Shown: piece by piece, positions 53,784-63,190 of the stretch
How positions within the stretch are numbered: the stretch's first letter is position 1
Layout of the letters: each line of letters starts with the position of its first letter
Made by a program: the position numbers and the translations under genes
Notes under the pieces: model-generated
Databases searched by the model: none
Told to the model about the DNA's origin: nothing
Seen by the model: the letters and a program-made list of their open reading frames with translations, nothing else
DNA from: Thermoplasmatota archaeon
GTDB taxonomy: Archaea; Thermoplasmatota; Thermoplasmata; UBA10834
Reading direction: 5' to 3'
Length of the DNA stretch: 64,000 nucleotides
Assembly: GCA_040751795.1 (NCBI GenBank)
Contig: JBFMHR010000001.1
Span: forward strand, 32,001 to 96,000

Positions 53784-55118
53784 TCACACCCCGACCCTGT
53801 TCCTCTGGCGCCTGAACCAGTCCTTCATGAGCCCGCGGAGCGTGGCCGGGTATTTGACCGGGTCCTCCAGCTTGAAGAACCATAGCGCGCAGGCGGCCCT
53901 ACCGAAGGCGGATATCGCGTAGACCGCCCCGAGGGCCAGGACGAGGTCCTGGGCGTAGAAGTCGAGGAAGAAGACCGCGAGGTACCCCCCGAGCACCGAC
54001 CCGACGAAGGTCGCTATCCCGATGAGGGTGTTGTAGACGGCGAAGTACTCCCCCTTCTTCTCCGCCGGGGCGACGTCCAGGACGTACGCGAAGAAGGCGA
54101 CGTTGGCCATCGCGGTGGCGAACCCGAGCGCCGCGTTGAGGACGTAGATGTGCCACACCTCGGTCGCGAGCGCGTACACGATGGGCACGGAGATGAAGGC
54201 GAACCTGGAGATAAGGATCTGGGGCATCGGCCCTATGACGTCCAGGAGCCTGCCGACCTTGGTCTGGAAGAAGAGCGCGGCCCCGGTCGATATGACGGTC
54301 ATCACGGCGATCTCGAAAAGGGTCGCCTCCAGGACGTCGATGTATGTCAGGTACAGCAGCGGCCATATCAGCGACATGATGAAGTTGAACACGGACTGCA
54401 GGACCACCAGGTTCCTGAAGTACAGGTTCTCGGTCAGGTCTGATATGAATATGAACGACCTCAGGCCGAAGGCGAATATGGTCTTGGGCGAGGCGTAGAC
54501 CCTCCTCTTCTCCTCCCTGACCCTGAGCAGGAGGATGGAGCCGGCTATCCCGCTGGCGCCCGCTATGAAGAAGGGAATCGAGTAGATGGCGAAGGCGCTC
54601 CCACCCTCGGGCATGATGTAGCCCGCGAGCATCGTGGCGATGAGGCTGGCCACCGAGGAGACGGCGAAGAACCTCCCCATGATCGCCCCCCTGTTCTTGG
54701 GGGTCGTGACGTCCCCGACGAGGGCGGACCAGGTGGGGATCATCATGGAGCCGATGAACATCTGCAGGGCGACCATGAGGATGAGCTGGCCGGCGCTCAT
54801 GGCCCCCAACATGAAGAAGTACATCGCGAAGGAGAGGACGCCGCCGACCATCAGGAACGGGATCCTCCTGCCTAGGAAGTCGCTCAGCTTCCCCCAGGGG
54901 ACCTGCATGACGGTGGGGAAGAGGTTGACGAACGCCTGGAGCCAGCCCAGCTGCGCTGGGGTGGCCGCGAGGTGTATGGCGAGGGCCGGGACGAACGGGT
55001 CCGCCATGCCCTTGCCGAAGTTGACCGCCGCCTGGTTGGCGTACATGGACGAGAAGGGGTCAGCGCTGCCGCTCTCCCTCACGTCTGGCCTGCGCGGCGG
55101 CTCTCTAGGCAAGGGCAC
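53784..55118 (-). CDS. MFS transporter
   Basis: WGKLSDFLGRR motif A, about 12 TM segments. Confidence 0.92.
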   Translation of the reverse strand: MPLPREPPRRPDVRESGSADPFSSMYANQAAVNFGKGMADPFVPALAIHLAATPAQLGWLQAFVNLFPTVMQVPWGKLSDFLGRRIPFLMVGGVLSFAMYFFMLGAMSAGQLILMVALQMFIGSMMIPTWSALVGDVTTPKNRGAIMGRFFAVSSVASLIATMLAGYIMPEGGSAFAIYSIPFFIAGASGIAGSILLLRVREEKRRVYASPKTIFAFGLRSFIFISDLTENLYFRNLVVLQSVFNFIMSLIWPLLYLTYIDVLEATLFEIAVMTVISTGAALFFQTKVGRLLDVIGPMPQILISRFAFISVPIVYALATEVWHIYVLNAALGFATAMANVAFFAYVLDVAPAEKKGEYFAVYNTLIGIATFVGSVLGGYLAVFFLDFYAQDLVLALGAVYAISAFGRAACALWFFKLEDPVKYPATLRGLMKDWFRRQRNRVGV

Positions 55119-55264
55119 CCCATCCGATGACCGGAATCAGTCCCACCATGTATATCATACTTGGCAATGGGAGGGGCTCCAGGCCTCCCTGGAGGGGGGC
55201 GAGGGGGGTGGGCCGCTCGGCGCCAATCAATAAGGCTTTATATCAACACGAGGCGATACAGGGA

Positions 55265-55417
55265 ATGGTGGGATACTTGGTCAAGGCCTACTGTGTCAAG
55301 TGCAAGAAGTCTATTGAGATGAAGGACGCGAAGAAGGTCAAGCTGAAGAACGGGAAGCCAGCGACGAAGGGCGTCTGCCCGAAGTGCGGCACGAAGGTCT
55401 TCAGGATCGGCGAGTGA
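55265..55417 (+). CDS. Small Zn-ribbon protein (DUF5679-like)
   Basis: AYCVKCKK...KGVCPKCGTKVFRIG. Confidence 0.85.
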   Translation: MVGYLVKAYCVKCKKSIEMKDAKKVKLKNGKPATKGVCPKCGTKVFRIGE

Positions 55418-55464
55418 CCTCAAACCTTTCCCTCTTCCGGGGATGACGCCTCTCGGCTCTGGCC

Positions 55465-56898
55465 TCAGCGGCCATCGGCCGGGGTCGGGGCCCCAAGCCT
55501 GTTTATTTTATGCTTCTCCAGGTAGCGTCCCCTCTCGACCAGCGCCGCGACCGCCCTGACGGCCCTGAAGATCGTCGGGTATGAAGGGACCCTGCTCCCC
55601 TCCAGCGCGGCGAGCGCCTGGCGCATGTCCTCCCCGCCGAACGCGCTGACAACGATCGGCACAGGGCTGGCCTCCCGCCTCCTCACGGCGACGTCGACGA
55701 GCCCGCGGGTGACATTCGGGGGCTGCAGCTCGAGGGACATCATTATGCAGTCCACCCCGGGGTCGGACTGGAGGACCTCCAGGACCGACTCGTACATCCC
55801 GTCCGTGACGCCCGCGGTCAGGTCGACCGGGTTCCTCACGGACGAGAACGCCGGCACTATGGACGAGAGCCTCTCCATGGTCGACGGGGAGAGTTCCGCC
55901 ATGCGGAGCCCGAAGCCGTGGTCCGTGGACTCGATGTAGTCCGTGGCTATCACGCCGAACCCGCCCGCGCTCGCGACGACGCACACCCTGTCGCCCTTGG
56001 CGTGCCCCAGGTAGGCCAAGGCCCTCGAGAGGTCGACCATCTCCTCCTCGTCGTACGCCCTCACGGCCCCCGACTGCCTCAGGGCGCCGTCGACGAGGCC
56101 GTCCGAGGACGACGCCAGCGCGCCCGTGTGGGAGCTGGCCGCCCTGGCCCCGGCCGCCGACCTCCCCGATTTCAGGACCACGACCGGCTTGCCGAGGGAA
56201 GCGCGCGCCGCGGACTCCATGAACCTCCTGCCGTCCGAGAAGGACTCGAGGTACATGGATATGCAGCCGGTCGCGGGGTCCGCGGCGAAGTGCTCCAGGA
56301 GCTCGCACTCCTCTATGTCGGCCTTGTTGCCTATGCACACGCACGCGGAGACGCCCATGCCGGACCTCTCCGCCTTCTCGAGGAAGGCGATTGCGACGGC
56401 GCCGCTCTGGGACACCATGGCCACGTCCCCCTCAGGGGGACGGGGGCTCCTCTCCGCCGGGATGAGGAGGGTGTCGAGCCCGCGCCCTGGTGCGAACACG
56501 CCCATGGTGTTGGGCCCCAGCAGTCGGGTCGCGGTCCCCCGGAAGACCGACACGAGCCTGTCCTGTAGCTCCTTCCCCGCAGGCCCGCTCTCCGCGAAGC
56601 CGGAGGAGGTGACAATCACGGCCCCGACCCCCTTGCGGACGCACTCCTCGGCCGCCCCCAGGGCGGCCTCGGCCGGCAGCGCCACCAGTGCGAGGTCCAC
56701 GTCACCGTCGATCGCTGACACGGACGGGAAGCACCGATGGCCGAGGATCTGCTCCTCCTTCGGGTTGACCGGGATGACCCTGATCCCGCCCCTGGAGAGA
56801 TTCCGCAGGACGACGTTGCTGATCTTGGCTGGGTTCGCGGAGGCGCCCACAACAGCGACCGACCTCGGCCTGAGCAGCGCGTCGAGTCCCCGGCTCAT
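55465..56898 (-). CDS. acdA: ADP-forming acetate/acyl-CoA ligase alpha subunit
   Basis: PRSVAVVGAS, GPNTMG, SQSGA, ASSHTGALA, NPVD. Confidence 0.9.
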   Translation of the reverse strand: MSRGLDALLRPRSVAVVGASANPAKISNVVLRNLSRGGIRVIPVNPKEEQILGHRCFPSVSAIDGDVDLALVALPAEAALGAAEECVRKGVGAVIVTSSGFAESGPAGKELQDRLVSVFRGTATRLLGPNTMGVFAPGRGLDTLLIPAERSPRPPEGDVAMVSQSGAVAIAFLEKAERSGMGVSACVCIGNKADIEECELLEHFAADPATGCISMYLESFSDGRRFMESAARASLGKPVVVLKSGRSAAGARAASSHTGALASSSDGLVDGALRQSGAVRAYDEEEMVDLSRALAYLGHAKGDRVCVVASAGGFGVIATDYIESTDHGFGLRMAELSPSTMERLSSIVPAFSSVRNPVDLTAGVTDGMYESVLEVLQSDPGVDCIMMSLELQPPNVTRGLVDVAVRRREASPVPIVVSAFGGEDMRQALAALEGSRVPSYPTIFRAVRAVAALVERGRYLEKHKINRLGAPTPADGR

Positions 56899-57038
56899 GC
56901 GGCTCGGATTGACTTCTCCCTCTATTAGCTTATCACACGTGCCAGGGGACGGGTAGCTGGCAGCTGACAAACGGGGCGAAGAACTTACTTATACGGTCAA
57001 GGACATAACGGAGCTATTCGACCTCTGGTGGGGAAGCG

Positions 57039-57455
57039 GTGGAGGCCATGGAACTAAGGGACATCATCAGCGGATCGGTGCCAGTGAAGGTCAGATCGGA
57101 CGCGACGGTCGCAGACGCCCTCGTGGCCATGATGGAGAACAAGACGGACTATGTCCTCGTCGACAGGACGGGGCCGGACGACGCGTACGGCATCATCACC
57201 AGGTGGGACATAGTCGAGAAGGCCATCGCCGAGGGCGAGGACATCAAGAAGATGCCCGCGGCCGACGTCGCCAGGAGGCCGCTCGTCACCACGAACAACA
57301 TGGACCTCGACATCAGGTGGGTCGCCAAGAAGATGGCGGACGAGGGCGTCTCGAAGCTGGCGGTCTTCGACAGGGAGAACTTCCTCGGGTTCGTATCCGA
57401 CATGGACATACTGAAGGCGGTCGTCGGCAGGCACAAGAAGGGGGCGGGGCAATGA
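57039..57455 (+). CDS. CBS-domain protein
   Basis: DAYGIITRWDI, GFVSDMDI. Confidence 0.88.
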   Translation: MEAMELRDIISGSVPVKVRSDATVADALVAMMENKTDYVLVDRTGPDDAYGIITRWDIVEKAIAEGEDIKKMPAADVARRPLVTTNNMDLDIRWVAKKMADEGVSKLAVFDRENFLGFVSDMDILKAVVGRHKKGAGQ

Positions 57456-57898
57456 CGCCGACCAAGCTCACCCTCAGGGACGTCGTCAAGACCTTCGAGC
57501 TCCCGACCATCGACAGGGCGGAGAGCGCGGAGAAGGCGGTCCTGAAGATGGTCGACGAGAACTGCGGCGCCCTCCTGGTGCCCAGGAAGAACAAGAACGA
57601 CGCGTACGGCATAGTGACCAAGAAGGACATCCTCGCCAAGGTCGTCGCGCAGGGGAAGGACGTCTCCAAGGTCAAGGTGGAGGACATCATGTCCCGGCCC
57701 CTGGTCATCCTGACCAACCTCTCGCTGGACATAAGGTGGGTTGCCAAGTCCATGGCCAACTCTGGCGTCTCCACTATAGCCGTGTTCGACAGGGGCGACT
57801 TCTACGGCTACGCGACGGAGTCCTGCATCATCGAGGGCGTGTACAACGCCATGCGCAGGGCGAGGCTCGAAGAGGGAGTGGACTTCGTGTCCTGCTGA
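57452..57898 (+). CDS. CBS-domain protein (paralog)
   Basis: DAYGIVTKKDI, LDIRWVAK shared with the upstream gene; ATGA overlap. Confidence 0.88.
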   Translation: MTPTKLTLRDVVKTFELPTIDRAESAEKAVLKMVDENCGALLVPRKNKNDAYGIVTKKDILAKVVAQGKDVSKVKVEDIMSRPLVILTNLSLDIRWVAKSMANSGVSTIAVFDRGDFYGYATESCIIEGVYNAMRRARLEEGVDFVSC

Positions 57899-57927
57899 GC
57901 GCGGGACGGTTCTCGGAGGGGTCTCAC

Positions 57928-59700
57928 ATGGGCGACGGGGCAGGGGTTCAGGGCCAGCGGAAGGGCGTGGCGGTCTACCTGTGCGGGTGCAGGGGGGAGA
58001 TCTCCAAGAAGGTCGACCTCGACGCGCTCGCCGAGGAGCTCGCGAAGGTACCCGGGGTGGCCTCCGTCGGGGTCCACGAGGCGCTCTGCTCCAGGGAGGG
58101 GCAGGAGCACCTGAAGAGGGAGTACGGGCAGAAGGGCTTCGAGAGGGTGGCGGTGGGCGCCTGCTCCCCCAACATACAGGGCCTGATCATCAGCAAGTCC
58201 CTCGAGGAGGAGGGGATGAACAAGTACCTGTTCGACCAGGTCAACATACGCGAGCAGTGCGCGTGGGTCCACGCGGACAGGGCGGCCGCCACCGAAAAGG
58301 CTCTCAGCCTCGTCAGGGGCGCGGTCGCGAAGGCCGAGATGCTCGTCCCCCTGGAGGACATAGAGGTCCCCATCCTCGGTTCCGCGCTCGTCATCGGCGG
58401 GGGCGTCACGGGCATGGCCGCGGCGCTGGACATAGCGGCCCAGGGATACAAGGTGCACCTGGTGGAGAGGACGGGGGAGCTCGGGGGGAGGGCGTACAAG
58501 CTCAGCATGACCTTCCCCACCCACAACTGCGGCATATGCTGCATGCAGTACTGCAAGGAGTGCGTGTTCACCCCGAAGGTCGAGGACGTCATCCAGAACC
58601 GCAACATCGAGGTCCTCCTCGACACCGAGGTGGAGGACATCACCGGGGGCTTCGGCAACAGGCACGTCAAGGTCAAGGGGAAGGACGGCCCCGTCAAGGA
58701 GTTCGACGTCGGGACGATCATAGTCGCGACCGGGACCAAGACCTTCGACCCGAAGCGGATTTCCGAGCTGAGGTACGAGCACCCGGACGTCATAACCACG
58801 GTCGAGCTCGAGCAGCTCCTTGTGGAACAGCGGGAGACGGGCGCAGGCCTGAGGAGGCCCTCCGACGGCAAGAGGCCCAAGACCGTCAACTTCATCCAGT
58901 GCGTCGGCTCGAGGGACAAGCAGAAGGGCAACCTGCACTGCTCCCTCGTCTGCTGCACCTACGCCATAGGCCAGGCGAGGGAGATCGTGAAGCTCGACCC
59001 GGACGCGCACGTCTACATCCACTACATCGACCTCAGGGGGCCCTACAGGGGCTTCGAGGAGTTCTACGACGCCGCCAAGGAGGAGGGCATCAACTTCGTG
59101 AGGGGGAGGATCTCGGAGATCGTCCTCGACAAGGGCAAGATGTACGTGAGGGCCCTGGACACGGACTCCGACACCCTGCTCAACATCGACTCGGACCTCG
59201 TCGTGCTCTCCGTGGGGCAGGAGCCCTCGGACGGGAGCGACCGGATAGCCAAGATGCTCCACATCCAGACGGACATAGACCGCTTCATGAAGGACATCAA
59301 CCCGATGTTCCCCTCGGAGTTCAGGAGGGGCATATACGTGGCGGGGACCGCCCAGGGGCCGAAGGGGATCAGGTACTCCATCGAGGACGCGAGGGCCGCC
59401 GCCGCCAGCGCGGTCGAGGTGATGAAGCGCGGGAAGGTCAGGTTCCCCAGGATCGTCGCGAACGTCGACGAGGCCAGGTGCAGGGGGTGCGGCCGCTGCG
59501 AGGAGATATGCGAGTACGGCGCCATCGCCGTCGTCGAGGACAGGCAGCGCGGGGTGCTGGTCTCCAAGGTGGACGAGATACGCTGCGAGGGGTGCGGCAC
59601 CTGCGCGGTCGTGTGCTGCAACAAGGCCATCTCGGTGTACAACTTCCTCAGGGGGCAGGTCGAGGCGCAGGTCAGGGCCATAGTGCAGGAGGAGGCCTGA
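57928..59700 (+). CDS. hdrA: Heterodisulfide reductase subunit A-like flavoprotein
   Basis: GACSP, NIREQCAWVH, GGGVTG, QCVGSRD, CSLVCC, C-terminal 2x[4Fe-4S]. Confidence 0.93.
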   Translation: MGDGAGVQGQRKGVAVYLCGCRGEISKKVDLDALAEELAKVPGVASVGVHEALCSREGQEHLKREYGQKGFERVAVGACSPNIQGLIISKSLEEEGMNKYLFDQVNIREQCAWVHADRAAATEKALSLVRGAVAKAEMLVPLEDIEVPILGSALVIGGGVTGMAAALDIAAQGYKVHLVERTGELGGRAYKLSMTFPTHNCGICCMQYCKECVFTPKVEDVIQNRNIEVLLDTEVEDITGGFGNRHVKVKGKDGPVKEFDVGTIIVATGTKTFDPKRISELRYEHPDVITTVELEQLLVEQRETGAGLRRPSDGKRPKTVNFIQCVGSRDKQKGNLHCSLVCCTYAIGQAREIVKLDPDAHVYIHYIDLRGPYRGFEEFYDAAKEEGINFVRGRISEIVLDKGKMYVRALDTDSDTLLNIDSDLVVLSVGQEPSDGSDRIAKMLHIQTDIDRFMKDINPMFPSEFRRGIYVAGTAQGPKGIRYSIEDARAAAASAVEVMKRGKVRFPRIVANVDEARCRGCGRCEEICEYGAIAVVEDRQRGVLVSKVDEIRCEGCGTCAVVCCNKAISVYNFLRGQVEAQVRAIVQEEA

Positions 59701-59701
59701 C

Positions 59702-61351
59702 ATGCCCGAGGACAGGTTCGAGCCCAAGATAGTCGCATTCACATGCACGTGGTGCGGCTACCCGTCGGCCAACCTCGCGGGGGTGAACAAGATACAGTAT
59801 CCGCCCAACGTGAGGATCGTGAGGGTGATGTGCAGCGGCAGCGTCGAACCGTCCGTCATCATGGACGCCTTCGAGCACGGCGCGGACGGGGTCGCGGTCA
59901 TAGGCTGCCTGATGGACAACTGCCACTACGTGTCGGGGAACAAGAAGGCCCAGGAGAGGGTCGACGCCCTGAAGGAGCTCTTCGACATCATGGGCCTGGA
60001 CTCCAGGCGGCTCAGGACTGAGTGGATCAACGCCTCGGAGAGGACGAGGTTCGCGAAATCCGTGACCGATTTCGTCGAGGAGGTCCGGGCGCTCGGGCCC
60101 CTGCCCATCCCGAAGAGGGAGGGGCCCAGGGCGCCGAAGTCGAAGGAGCAGACCGTGGCTTCGGTCAAGAGGATCATCGAGGACACGGGCGCGTTCGACT
60201 GCGTGGAGTGCGGGAAGTGCACCACCGTGTGCCCCGTCGCCAAGTTCGACACCGAGTTCGCGCCGAGGGCGATAGTCCTCAGGGCCATGGAGGGGATAGT
60301 CGAGAACATCTCCACGGACAGGGACATATGGACCTGCGTCACCTGCGAGCAGTGCAACGCCATGTGCCCTTACAAGGTCGACTACTCCGGGTTCATCAGG
60401 GGGATGAGGGAGGAGGCGGCCGCCTCCGGGGCCGCCCCGATATGTTCGAAGGGGGGCATCATACACGCCGCCCAGCGCATGATGGCCAACGCGGACCTCA
60501 AGCAGGACCGGCTCCGCTGGGTCTCCGGGGACATGAAGGTGGCCGACAAGGGCGACGTGTTCTACTTCGTTGGCTGCCTCCCGCACTACGACGCCATCTT
60601 CAGGGACCGGGAGGGCCTGAGCATGACCTCCATCTGCGGGAGCGCGGTGAGGCTCATGAACAAGGCGGGCGTCGTGCCGGTCGTGAGCAACGACGAGAAG
60701 TGCTGCGGCCACGACCTCAACTGGACGGGCGACGAGGAGGACTTCGAGAAGCTCATGGAGCACAACATCGACCTCATAAGGAGGTCGGGCGCGAAGAAGG
60801 TGGTCTTCACCTGCCCTGAGTGCTACAGGACCTTCAACATGGACTACGCGGACCTGACGGGGGAGCTCGGCTTCGAGGTCCAGCACATAGCCGACTACCT
60901 GAAGGAGCTCATCGACTCCGGGCAGCTGAAGGCGGACGCCTGCAAGGCCGGGGCATTCAAGTTCACCTACCACGACTCGTGCAGGCTCGGGAGGCACTCG
61001 GGCGTGTACGACAGCCCCAGGGCCCTCGCCGCCTCGATGGAGGGCTGCGAGTTCGTCGAGATGCCCAACACGAGGGACAAGGCAGTGTGCTGCGGGGTCG
61101 CGGCCTGGGCGAACTGCAACGCGAACGCGAAGAGGATGCAGGTCGACAGGGTCGTCGAGGCCAAGAAGGCCGGCGCCGACAGGATGCTCCTGTTCTGCCC
61201 CAAGTGCCAGATACACCTCAGGTGCGCCGTCCAGGACAAGGTCCACGTGGACAAGGCGATGGTCGACGTGGTGGTCGAGGACTTCACCGTGGCGATGGCC
61301 AGGATGATGGGCCTGCTGCCCGCCGACGAGAAGGCCGGGCAGAAATCGTGA
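59702..61351 (+). CDS. MvhD-HdrD(HdrC/B) fusion Fe-S oxidoreductase
   Basis: FTCTWCGY/RVMCSG/CHY MvhD domain; two CxxCxxCxxxCP; two CCG domains. Confidence 0.88.
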   Translation: MPEDRFEPKIVAFTCTWCGYPSANLAGVNKIQYPPNVRIVRVMCSGSVEPSVIMDAFEHGADGVAVIGCLMDNCHYVSGNKKAQERVDALKELFDIMGLDSRRLRTEWINASERTRFAKSVTDFVEEVRALGPLPIPKREGPRAPKSKEQTVASVKRIIEDTGAFDCVECGKCTTVCPVAKFDTEFAPRAIVLRAMEGIVENISTDRDIWTCVTCEQCNAMCPYKVDYSGFIRGMREEAAASGAAPICSKGGIIHAAQRMMANADLKQDRLRWVSGDMKVADKGDVFYFVGCLPHYDAIFRDREGLSMTSICGSAVRLMNKAGVVPVVSNDEKCCGHDLNWTGDEEDFEKLMEHNIDLIRRSGAKKVVFTCPECYRTFNMDYADLTGELGFEVQHIADYLKELIDSGQLKADACKAGAFKFTYHDSCRLGRHSGVYDSPRALAASMEGCEFVEMPNTRDKAVCCGVAAWANCNANAKRMQVDRVVEAKKAGADRMLLFCPKCQIHLRCAVQDKVHVDKAMVDVVVEDFTVAMARMMGLLPADEKAGQKS

Positions 61352-61390
61352 ATGAGAAACGGCGGAAGGGGTTTGGATCCTCCTGGCGGC

Positions 61391-62578
61391 TCAGTAGAAC
61401 TTCTGCGCCGTCGTGACGACCTCGTCGACCTTGATCTTCCTCTTGCCCAGCTCCTCGAAGAAGGGCTCCGGGTCGACCGTCGCCTCCGCGGGGTACACAC
61501 CTGGATCCTTGATCCTCTTGGTCATCTGCCAGTGGGCGACGATCGCGGGCGGGACGGCCGTGTCCCTGGCCGAGGAGACGCCCCTCGCGGGGTCGTTCCA
61601 GGTGACTATGTAGTAGGTCACCGTCATGGGCATGCCGGCCTTCTTCCCGGCGCAGTCGATCCTGAACATGTCGTACTCGAACTCCTCCTTCGGGGGGGCG
61701 GCCCTGCCCTCGGACACGCCCCTCTGGTACATCGACGTGAGGTAGTCCAGCGGCGACACCTTGCACCCGCCGGCCTCCAGGGGCTTCTCGTCCGCGAAGC
61801 CGAGCGCCCTGAGTGTCAGGAAGGTCGTCATGTCGTGGGTCGGGAAGCCGATCCTGAATGTCACGTTCTTCGCCTTCAGGTACTTGCCCATGGTCGCGGG
61901 CTCGGAGTGCTTGATGAAGTAGGACTTGATCTTGCCGATGGGCTCCGGCATCACGACCTCCTTCTCGCCGCCGAGTATCCTCTGCTTCTCGTACTTGCCG
62001 TTGACCCACTGCACGGACTCCTGCGTGAACTCGTCCAGGACCGTCCTGATGGAGTAGCCTGGCCATCCGGCCTCCTTGACCGGGAGGGTGTTGCCCCACG
62101 AGCAGACGATGTCGATAGCTTCGACCGAGTCGAGCTTCTTCGCCCCGGCGGCACCTGCGATGTTGGTCATGCCCGGGGTGCTGCCCAGGCCTATGGTCGC
62201 GTTGATGCCCGCGTCCTTCCACTTCTTGTGGAGGTCGATCTGCTTGAGGCACGTGTCGAAGAACCCGCCGAGGTCCGTGTACGTCGCCCCGCCCTTGAGG
62301 CAGGCGTCCATGACGCCCAGGTTCGTCTGGTACCACGCGCAGTTGACCACCGCGTCCACCTTCTCGGACTTGATGGTCCTGAGCACCTTGTCGGTGTCGT
62401 GCGCGTCCAGCTCCATCAACTTGACCTTCTTCTCGAGCTTCAGGTCCGTCATGGCCTTCTTCACGTTGCCCATCTTCCTGCTCGATGCGACGATGTCCTT
62501 CACGCCGCACATCTCGACCAGGTCCTGGACCGTGTACGCACCAATCTGCCCCGAAGCTCCTAGCACCAATGCCTTCAC
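61391..62578 (-). CDS. Saccharopine dehydrogenase-family oxidoreductase
   Basis: GASGQIG, YTDLGG, GLGSTPGMTN, HSE. Confidence 0.85.
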   Translation of the reverse strand: MKALVLGASGQIGAYTVQDLVEMCGVKDIVASSRKMGNVKKAMTDLKLEKKVKLMELDAHDTDKVLRTIKSEKVDAVVNCAWYQTNLGVMDACLKGGATYTDLGGFFDTCLKQIDLHKKWKDAGINATIGLGSTPGMTNIAGAAGAKKLDSVEAIDIVCSWGNTLPVKEAGWPGYSIRTVLDEFTQESVQWVNGKYEKQRILGGEKEVVMPEPIGKIKSYFIKHSEPATMGKYLKAKNVTFRIGFPTHDMTTFLTLRALGFADEKPLEAGGCKVSPLDYLTSMYQRGVSEGRAAPPKEEFEYDMFRIDCAGKKAGMPMTVTYYIVTWNDPARGVSSARDTAVPPAIVAHWQMTKRIKDPGVYPAEATVDPEPFFEELGKRKIKVDEVVTTAQKFY

Positions 62579-62797
62579 GTTTGCACCTCCTTCTTCCCTA
62601 CCTGACTCAACCGAAAAAGGCCTTCGCAGGCCCGTTGGTGACCGTACTCCTCCAATCTACTTAAACCTTGCCGGATGCTCATCGTCCGCGTTCTGAAAAA
62701 CGACGACGAATCCTCGTCAAATCATGCCTTTGCACAGTTATACAAGCGCAATCGTTCAACAAATTGCGAAAAACCGCCGCAGGAGGAGAAGTCGGCA

Positions 62798-63187
62798 TCA
62801 GGGGATCCTCGCCACGGCGTCTATCTCGACGAGGGCGCCCTTTGGCAGATGCAGGCCGCCGACGGTGGTCCTTGCGGGCTTCCACGAAAAGAAGAACCGC
62901 GCATAGACCTCGTTCACGGCCGGGAAGTCGCCCATGTCCCTGAGGTAGACCGAGACCTTCACCACGTCCTCGGGCCCCGCGCCCGCGGCCCTGAGGATTG
63001 CCCCTACGTTCCGGAGCGCCGCGTCAGCCTGGGCGGCCGCGCCGCCCTCCACCACCGATCCCGACCGCGGGTCCATCCCCAGCTGGCCCGATATGAAGAG
63101 CAGGCCATCGCACACGACCGCCTGGGAGTAGGGGCCCACCGGTCTCGGGGCCTCCTCCGATGAGACGGCCGAAGGACCTCCGGGCAT
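62798..63187 (-). CDS. ridA: RidA-family imine deaminase
   Basis: GPYSQAV, SGQLG, PARTTV, LVEIDA. Confidence 0.9.
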   Translation of the reverse strand: MPGGPSAVSSEEAPRPVGPYSQAVVCDGLLFISGQLGMDPRSGSVVEGGAAAQADAALRNVGAILRAAGAGPEDVVKVSVYLRDMGDFPAVNEVYARFFFSWKPARTTVGGLHLPKGALVEIDAVARIP

Positions 63188-63190
63188 CCG

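Noticed and set aside
57928-61351. Selenocysteine recoding in HdrA/MvhD
   Set aside because: Both ORFs are uninterrupted, with Cys at the expected positions.
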